From IMG/VR virus record IMGVR_UViG_3300009103_001640, positions 1 through 59,071 of that record: a DNA stretch of 59,071 nucleotides. One strand, given 5' to 3'. The notes beneath the pieces were generated by a model. The model was not told the DNA's origin. It worked only from the letters and a program-made list of their open reading frames with translations, and searched no databases. Below are positions 9,801-18,000 of this stretch, piece after piece (within the stretch, counting starts at the first letter, position 1; every line of letters begins with the position of its first letter). This stretch comes from a virus (lineage: Duplodnaviria > Caudoviricetes). A program made the position numbers and the translations under genes.

Positions 9801-11063
9801 TATCAGTTCGTGAAGGAGAGTGATGTAGCCTATGGCAACGGCGGCGGTACTAAAAATGCATCCCCACCATCGTCACAGGGTGGTCGTAGAAACTTAGGCG
9901 GCGGCACCGACAAATATATTAACAATTCCAACGGAACAGGACTCAGTATTGAGATTACCGGTATTCCCAAAGAAGAGGCAGAACAGCCCGGCAAGTGGTA
10001 TACTGACGTGATGTATGAGAACCTTGCGTTTTTGGTTGCAAATATGTGCAAGAGAAACCAGATTGCAGTAGACAGAACACACATTTTTGGTCATGACGAA
10101 ATGACAATGAGAAAATCCGATCCGGGTACTCTTTTACAGAATGAGCACCCTGCCGGTATTTCATATCCGTACGGCGGTATTGCTAGCGACGGTTCTAACA
10201 AAGGACCATCCGGTGGTGAGGCATTCCCCGGCGCTCGGTTCCAGATTAACTCTTATTCTCCAAACTCCCAAGGCAACGAAACATTTGATTGGGCAAGATT
10301 TATGACACTTGTAGAAGGCTTTTTCAGCGGCGCCGGTGTTCCTATGCCCCCATCAACTTCTCTGGCAGTTGGCAGCGCAAGTGTCGCTCCCGGCGGCGCC
10401 AGCGCCTCGCCATCAGCCGCAGAGAAATGTCCACCAGCCGCTGCCGGTGGCGGCGCAGCAGGAGGAGGAGGCTCGTCAGGCGGAGCACCCCTTAGCGCAG
10501 CCCAGATTGCAGCCCTAGGAGAGTATCAGGGAAACTGGCCATCCGGCGGCTCCCCGGCTCTTTCATCGGATTACGGACCTCGTTCGCCACCCACTACAAG
10601 CGGAGGACAAGGTTCCAGCAACCATCCCGGCATTGATACTATTTCGTTGTCTCCGGTTTCTAGTGGTAATCCCGGCACTATTCCCCTCTTTGCGGTTGCA
10701 GATGGTCAAGTAACCAGAGTCCGCGACATGTCAGACACAGCAGGAAAGTTTGTTGATGTGACACATGATGGAACAGGGATGGTTTCTCAATACATGCACT
10801 GCCACACTATTCAAGTGACAAATGGACAGAGAGTCAGCGCAGGAGACGTTGTAGCCACAATGGGCACAACGGGCAACTCTAGTGGTGTTCACTTGCACTA
10901 TTCACTCTGGACCGGCGCCTCTTATGCTAGCGATAAGGTAGATCCATTTTCTGCTTTAGGGCTTGAATGTAATGATCTGGCAAAAGGACATTCCAGATAT
11001 GGTCGCTTGTGTGCTGCAGGAAACCAGAACATGACAGCCGGCGGACCCTACACTGGCGGTTAA
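6888..11063 (+). CDS. Baseplate hub/spike-associated multi-domain cell-wall hydrolase: gp5/VgrG-like OB fold, possible GH-like barrel, Amidase_2, M23 peptidase
   Basis: N-terminal AIVLRVD...IKARIP...LPECGDVVIV; amidase HIVIHTTAG, STHYGI, SIEI, GHDE, KSDPG (~9680-10127); M23 HPGID, AVADGQV, YMH, GTTGNSSGVHLHY (~10555-10940). Confidence 0.8.
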   Translation: MARSGPFKDLGWGKLGGNKKPNTPKKNSGVNSRYRTSAMGQLMGQAKEAAIPKKAKGGNYAAIVLRVDSTNLSDAAGSSWMTSWYDEVLGVPLPETIKIKARIPALHAGIPEPDKYGCDGASGIHQFWINMHPTFYASSQDIELPECGDVVIVSVNADDGSGGGDAAGGGLIMKNVVTRENNPVKLGGACPPAEQFPSTASSTADGADGDAMGGEEVSAGAVNPFGLPADCDFDCMMEFLGGIAAAGPSCPGRDPFGEMTTCGSPLDSKGVFISRHSMGHRNMPTPLTSLTRALWADLGYVVLEAIHQTANKTYKTDATRLREYARMFALGGMNVYISGTPYPGKATEYVKHMTKVATDLPVVGMVMTPSWGYLSPGNKDKYARQAKYVASQMKKAALANSLQIGFSNAWMPSAEYTVTTADGEDGEVSIRYKDSFPYYCFSDVDWSIAQILSTSGKSVVQVRESTGAVEIRSERGSEALKQEDFVEVLNDYMKLGFKYIIPAFGVMGSGWDDYLVSSEKPPERMKEELDMLGAYEEPAVVGPVRTKETDSRSLPNPGPGSPGLDVRNWATGYFGSIIECTDEEIGVDRRCELPPEPIVVEDPPPVETVTTELVEVPVMEWTDGWANYTIDEEGVITYISPSSGDPVYVQSDNSSNIYPSGCPSDCYDAIMGFRPESTWIEETVVITEEVLEESDADEVASQIWPTFPKPNPPIKAQVVWSVMWWDWLNAEENIPCWKSTRWEVIKNFHRYSPIAYERQQEGGAINPGNFEEFSAEIRAAMDAIQAYNRIAEGNPGMHKVSLEQYMMAVQQAQSMSTFADGSDMESYGAAASSVAQSAATELGYDGEGSASGDGSDVAEDVEDAIADADAYYGSDAADASTTGATSGGTNLDAYPAFPYIQFSSPITGGNQGGWFPAVTGAFRASSRSPSTIDHIVIHTTAGASQLAGGEVFCRPGAGVSTHYGINTGGFVYQFVKESDVAYGNGGGTKNASPPSSQGGRRNLGGGTDKYINNSNGTGLSIEITGIPKEEAEQPGKWYTDVMYENLAFLVANMCKRNQIAVDRTHIFGHDEMTMRKSDPGTLLQNEHPAGISYPYGGIASDGSNKGPSGGEAFPGARFQINSYSPNSQGNETFDWARFMTLVEGFFSGAGVPMPPSTSLAVGSASVAPGGASASPSAAEKCPPAAAGGGAAGGGGSSGGAPLSAAQIAALGEYQGNWPSGGSPALSSDYGPRSPPTTSGGQGSSNHPGIDTISLSPVSSGNPGTIPLFAVADGQVTRVRDMSDTAGKFVDVTHDGTGMVSQYMHCHTIQVTNGQRVSAGDVVATMGTTGNSSGVHLHYSLWTGASYASDKVDPFSALGLECNDLAKGHSRYGRLCAAGNQNMTAGGPYTGG

Positions 11064-11083
11064 CCTACACAAAGGATAATAAT

Positions 11084-12016
11084 ATGGGAAAGAAAAAGGC
11101 GGTAGATACTTCAAGTTTATCTCCGGTACAGAAGAAGGCATTAGCTGCTAACGCCGGCGCCCAATCTAGGGGTTTAGGTCGTGGCGTCGGTGGCACAAAG
11201 ATTGCAGAGCCCAACCCTAGGTTCGTCCAATCGGAAACAGAGAATGTTTTGACATGTGCATCGAACGCAAATATCGTCTTAGGTCGCGACCGCCCCGGCA
11301 GTCGCCTAAGTGGTTATGGGGGTTCTGGAGATACGCACTGCGCTTCTATTGACATGGTTGCCGGCAGGATGGCAAATCTTGCGGCAACTTCAACTGCTGC
11401 CGGCGACCCTGTAAGTGCAGATCCAAACTTTAAACTTGACGCAGCACGAATCCACATTAGTCAAAAGACAGATGTTGACACCAACTTTGGATTGGCTGAC
11501 GGAAATGTTGGAAACGCTGCAGCGAAGTCCGCTATCGGATTAAAGGCTGATGGTGTTAGAATCGTTGCCCGCGAAGGCATCAAGCTTGTAACAAAGACGG
11601 ATAATAAAAACTCACAGGGTGGTGCAGTGGATCAGATCAGTGGCATCGACCTTATTGCCGGCAACGATGATGAAGACTTACAGCCGATCCCTTTAGGCGC
11701 CAACCTTGAAGAATCATTAGTTAGACTTACAGATCATGTAGATAAGTTGATTGGTATCATGGACAACTTCCTGATGTACCAGATGAAGTACAATGTTGCA
11801 TTGGCAACTCACTTTCACCATTCTCCATTTTTTGGAGCACCAACTTCTCCGTCTCCACCAGCAATGTCGAGCGGAGTTCAAAACGTTATTGATTGTTTGG
11901 CAGACACAAAGAGGTCTTTGATGACCCAACGTGCAAACCTAATCATGTTTAAACAAACATACTTTAGTGTAGCAGGAGGAAAGTACATCAATAGTCGCTA
12001 TAACAACACTACCTGA
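11084..12016 (+). CDS. Probable baseplate central spike (gp5-C/gpV-like beta-helix with HxH tip)
   Basis: Start re-called to ATG 11084 (SD AAAGGA 11071-11076); short beta-strand repeats such as IGLKADGVRIVAREGIKLVT; THFHH motif near C-terminus. Confidence 0.6.
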   Translation: MGKKKAVDTSSLSPVQKKALAANAGAQSRGLGRGVGGTKIAEPNPRFVQSETENVLTCASNANIVLGRDRPGSRLSGYGGSGDTHCASIDMVAGRMANLAATSTAAGDPVSADPNFKLDAARIHISQKTDVDTNFGLADGNVGNAAAKSAIGLKADGVRIVAREGIKLVTKTDNKNSQGGAVDQISGIDLIAGNDDEDLQPIPLGANLEESLVRLTDHVDKLIGIMDNFLMYQMKYNVALATHFHHSPFFGAPTSPSPPAMSSGVQNVIDCLADTKRSLMTQRANLIMFKQTYFSVAGGKYINSRYNNTT

Positions 12017-12029
12017 TGTATAGACAAGC

Positions 12030-15000
12030 ATGAATCCAAAAGTAGACTTAACTACAGTTACCTTTACTGAGGTGGTGACCAATGACGATGGTACCACTGA
12101 AGATGTTACCGTCACATACACTTCAAGCCCTTTTTATGCGGCTGTTAGTGACGAAGTAAACGAGGTATCACATCCTTCAGCTACAGGTCAGTCTGCGGTG
12201 CCTACTGCTCCTGCGATGCAGCGGTTCACTGATGAAGAGATGATGGATTGTCCCGAAGAGCAGTGTTTAACGGCTCAATGGGATGCGGGCGATGCTATAC
12301 CCGGCTCATTTGAAAGCAGCTTAGGGACTCACTATTTTTATACAGAACCAATAACATATGACGGAGAACCGGGTAACAAGACGGTACAGATTAAAAAGTT
12401 TTCGAGACGCAGATCTCAAACTGTTGCAGAAGCTGAGCACCTTACCATTGTCACCTTATTAGACGAAGGCATCGGCAGTCGCGCTAAGTGGTGCAAGGTC
12501 AGGGTTCAAGATCTTGACCGGTCAACCGCTTTTTATAATGTGGAAGGTTATGTTGAGCGCTCTCATTTGCGACGACTTAAGTACGGGGAATTGTGTTGGC
12601 AGGGACCAACAACATTGCCCTCTCCCAAAGCGGCTAAACACAAGAGGCGCAAAAAAACAACTTGGTCTTTAGGTTCGCCATGGTATGAGATGTTAGCATG
12701 CGAGCCATGGCTTGACGAGAAAGAACTTAAGTTTATGACCACAGTAAACACTGGTCACAAAGACCGAGAACTCATGGATATGCTGGAAGATCAAGCCAAG
12801 CGTATTGGTGTCAAACAACTGTGTGTTTATTATGATCGCTTGCCATCGGGATACGACGTTCACACGCTTGACAATGGCGTTGCCCATCTGCGTAACGACC
12901 TTTATAAGTTTGCCAAGCTGGAAAAGACTTTTCTTTCTGACCGTCCCGACGATTCGATCAAAGCACTAATATCTGTTAACTACTCACATCTTATAGCCGT
13001 ACCGCGTATGGTGCGCTCTTTTACAACAGCAACTCAGGTAAGAACAGGTCATCGCACTGTGATGTACCAGTCCGACACAATAACGAAGAAGCTGAAAAAA
13101 GTCGGCAATACGATGGAAAACCTTCAGTCATCGGTAGATTTATTTCCCGGCATAGTCAAAGGCTCACAGAGCTATTCTCCCAAGAAATGGGGGAAAATGA
13201 TTAAAACTTTTGTGCCGGCTCTGAAGAAGCTTTTTAAAGCCAATGGGTATGATTTAAGAAAGGACCATGAAGATATTATCGAGATTGGTACAGATGCAGA
13301 TTTTAACCCAACTCACGTTATTGTATATCCCGACGATACCGGCATGGGCATGCCCCAGACTATCGGATTTAATAGCTTTGCGGCACAACTGCCGGCAAAC
13401 TCTGCGCGCCTGATGCACTATATTTTACAAGGCAACAACATGTTCAGCGATGCGAAGAAGCCAGAAATGACTACCCTTACGCCGCCGTGGATGACTTACC
13501 TTACACAATACACCTATCCTCCTTTGGAAATTCGACCCACACCACCAAGCGGGCTTAATGTTCCTAAGTTGGCTGATATGGCGAACATCGCAAACCAGAT
13601 GAACGCGCTGCCGATCAAGGGTCCAAAAGATCTAAAGTTTGAGAATCTTAAACTCAAAGATCCAAAATTCTTAGCAGACATGGCTGCAGCCCGGTTTGAC
13701 GTGGCTATACCCGCCGGCGATAATATTGTCGCCAATATTCCTATAGTCTTGGACAAGATTAGTTCTTTGGATGATGTATATGCTGAGTTGCTACAGAAGA
13801 TTTCCATTCCAAAATTGATTGAGCAAGCCATGGCAAAACTGATGGCTGAATTAGGGTTGGACAATATTTATGCAGCCTTGCTTGAAGCGGCTCTGGGGCA
13901 GTTTTCGATTGACGCGCTGATCAAACAGTTTATGTTACAACTCCCCGAGGATCTTTTAGCGGACTTGTTGCAACAACTGTTGGACATGTTAGACGTTAGC
14001 TGCGATGATTTGATTCAGCTTATGGTGGACATGGGTATTTCCACAAATCACTTACAAGGTATCGCGGACCAGATAGGGGATGAGATTAGTGCCCTACAAG
14101 ATCAAATTGATTCGTTTAACGACATGATTCCCGGCATGTGTCCCGACTCCGAAGAAGCCGAATTAGAAACCGACATGGAAGAAGTCGCAGATGATGCGGC
14201 AGAAAACATTGCCGACTCTTTGGACAACATTCTGGCTAACCTCACATGTGATGATCTAAAGCTTATTATTCAAAAAATCGCAACCATTGGAGTGCCGTCG
14301 TTTGACTTTGAGCCGCCCACTGTAGATTTGTCTTGCTTTGTCAAGGATATTGAGTTAGCAATGGGCGCCGCCCTAATGCCATTTATGCTTCCATTGACCG
14401 GCGCTCCTCTTGACATTACACGTCTTGGGGAAATCGACTGGTCAGGGCTTGTGCCAGAAGCACCCAATATTCAGATTATGACACCAGACGGCGAGTTTAT
14501 TAATATTCTGGATTGGGACACCGATGCTGCAGACCTATCAGAACTCCCCGGCTTTTCCATGCCAACTGGCGGGTTTAACCCCGCAGCGGCATCGCCTAAC
14601 TTAAACTATCCGCAGTTTGCTCTCGGCGGCACCGACGCCTCAACGGGAGACGCAACAGCTTCTCCCGGCGGTCTACAATTCCCTAATGTTAAATTTGCTG
14701 AACAATTTTCAGATCTTGAGATGCCGGGAGGGGTTGAGACTCTGATCGAGGCTATTGGCGGCTTGGCTGAAGGCGCCATCCCCGGCATTTCCACGGAAGA
14801 CTTAGGACCAGAAGGTGGCGCCAGTCTCTCTGACGTAAGTGATGTTAGATTCGGCGAACTTCTTGATGATTGGCGTAGAGTTTTTGTTGAAACATTCTCG
14901 GGCTTCTTGCTTAGCAACTTTGTATTCGCCATGGCAGGCGGCGGCAAGCCCTTCAATGCTCTCAAGACCAAGATGGAAGGCATGGCTTGGGGCTCCGAAG

Positions 15001-18000
15001 GTGCAACCATGGATATCCCAGAAGGCTCCGATACAGCAATTCCAAATTCTACTTTGCCTAACATTCCCGAGTGGAATGCTTCGGGCGTACAAACTCCAGC
15101 CGGCACTTGCACGCTGGACACCAGTGTTACTGAAACTACTGGTCTTGGCTGGCAAACTCTGGCGACAATGCCGAGAGAGTGGTGGGCATCCTCTGTGGAT
15201 GGTAGCGGAGTCGATTCTGTGGTATCTTTGCCCGATTTTGAATCGCTCAAGGCTCAGCGCGATGCGCTTGGGACCACAGCGAGAGTCCAAACAATTGAAC
15301 TTTATGATGCACTGACCGCACTTGCTGAATTCGATTTTTCTGCAGGGTTTGATCCTTGCGCACTGTTTCAGGCTGCAGACGCTCTCAGCGTGTGCTTGGA
15401 GGAATTCGACCTAGATCCAGAAACAGGTGATTATTATATTGATGGAGACGTATTCTGTAACATTGCGGATATTAAGCTTCCAACTGCGGTCTTTCGCCCC
15501 GAAGTGGGCTGTGGCACATACCAGCTTTACGGCATACCAGACTTTGGGCTTGGTAACATGAGTTTGCCCATTCCTATTGCCGGTCCAAACGGTGATGAAA
15601 CATTTGACATTTTTGATTTAGAGGCTCTTTTGGGCAAGTTGCCAGAAGTTCCTAACTTCCCAGACGTATTACCAGAGGTTCCAGCTACCGACGTTGGCTT
15701 AGACGTATCGATTCTGTGCGACAAGCCTGACCTATTTGCTGTCTTAGGTGACTTGATGGTTGGGAATATTCCCGACGTGCCAGCCGCCTTGGGCGGCTTT
15801 GATGCTGTTATCAAGAATATGGAGATGATGGGCGAAGGCGCCCCCGGTACCGCTCAAGGAATTCCGGCAAAACAAATCGCGATTGCGTTATTTAAGTTTA
15901 TTATTGACAAACTTGGCTTCAAGCCGATGCTATCACAACTAGTTGAGATACTAATACAATTTATGGATGCCGATCTTCTCACGGTTGAGATGATTCAGGA
16001 GATTCCAGCGATCCAAACCAAGATTGACGCATTGTCTATTCCCGGCGCAGACGGACTACCCTCTTTCAGCCCCGGCGCTCTTAAGGGTATGGGCTCTAAT
16101 GGCAGTTCTCCGTCTATTGAATCTGCTTCGTCAATGCTTCCCGGTGCTGGCATGCCATCTGGTGCCCCCGGCGGAGGCGACACTTCGGGTGGTGCCATCG
16201 CATCGATGGGCGGTTCGTTTAAACTTCCCACGATTACGTTGCCAGACGACATTCCCACTGGAGACTTGATGGGCGCTATGTTCAGTGGCATGGCTGGTGC
16301 TGTCAAACAAGCTATTGAATCCGCTATTGTAGAAATGGGCAAGTCAGTGCTCCGCAGTTTGCTGGATGGCGCGTCTGACGGCAACTTCGGCGATTTTGAT
16401 ATGATGGATGCGCTTAGCGATGCCTATGGCGCGGCAGCAGCAGAAGATTTGGTATGCGATATATTCTCAAACGTGGGCGTTGACTGTGGGGGAAATCTAA
16501 CTGACTCAACACTCCTGTCCACGACAACAATAAGTATTGAAATGGGCTGTGACGAACCTATTGAGATCGATCCAGAAGACCCTGAAACCGGTCCAGTGAC
16601 TGCAGCCTGCCCGCCTGCAACATTTGTGAGCGCAGTCAGCAGCAAATTGTCTCAACAAGAATCCGCACTTCTGCTTCAGGGCGTGGTTGGACCAAAGATG
16701 TGCGCCAGAATCGAAGATGTGATGAGAGGCGAGTGCCCACACTATGCTCTCGTATTTGATGACTGTCAAAAGATAGCTGACACATTTGAAGCCATCGGTG
16801 ACTTCATCCCCAAAAAGGTGATAGAGAAAATAGAAACTCCAGTGGTACCAGTTCTTAAAGATCTCAGAAAGATTTGCTGTGAAGAACCACTCAGAGAAAA
16901 AATCCAAGCCAGAACAGCCAAGGGAATGCCCGAGGAAGAGGCGGCACTTGATGCCGCCGAAGAGGTTAAGCAGCAGATTGAAGATCTTGGCAATCTTGCA
17001 AATATGCTTATGGGTTTGCCCGAAGGATTTCCGTTTGCCGGCGATGGTCATGGTGACACTATTGTTCCTGATGTATGGCCATGCGAAGATAATTGTGACA
17101 TCGAAGCCGACGACCCTCCAAAGCCATCGCTGTTCCCGCCAGATGATGAAATTCCAACACTGAATTTCATGAACCAAATGGCGACAGACCTTATGTACGA
17201 GCCAGTAAAGCTAGCATTTAAGATGGAGTCAGATTTATATCCAGAGATGCTGATCTCTGGCACGGTACATAATGTAGCAATTCCATTTTATGATCCTGCC
17301 GGCACACATGAAAGCGGCGGCGAAGAGGGAATCAATCGTTATGCAGAGCAGCTATTCAACGCTGGACACCAGTTGGTTGACTCAAGCGGCGAACTCTTTG
17401 ATGGCTCCGAGTATAAGAAGATTTTGAAAAAGGTACGAAAGACACTTTCTGCCGAAGAAGACGATTTTGGTGCAAGATTTAAAAAGGCACACGTACTTCA
17501 ACAGCACAATTCAGGTTCTGTGGTTCCAGTGCTTTACCAATCGCTTCGCACATACGATTACGTCAGTAACGAGTGGGACACCGACACACAGACATACGCA
17601 TGGTATTTCCAATATGGAGGTAACGAAGAAACTCCGACAGGGGATGAATGGCCAACCGTTGTGTGGAAGATGGACCCTATTACGGATGCAGAACTTGCGA
17701 CTGGTGGACCGGGACGGTTTGTGCCGGCTTCTTCGACAACTTCTGTGCCGGCTTCAACTGAAACTCCTCAAGGACAGCCATGTGATCCCTATTCTGCCTC
17801 AGTCACAGAAGAGATAGAACAGCCAGAATCCGTAGAACTGGAAACGGGCATACCTTTGAAGTACCAGTTGTTCCGTCAATTTATCCGAGACAAATTCACC
17901 AAACATCCAATGTTGCTTGAAGGCGTGGATGTTGCTTCTTTGTCGTCGTGGACCGCCCTAGGGCTCGATAGCGATGGCACTGCCTTGGCTGCGGGCTTCG

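Noticed and set aside
11009-11083. Track start for the spike gene at 11009
   Set aside because: Overlaps the previous gene by 55 nt; ATG 11084 has an SD and follows a clean gap.
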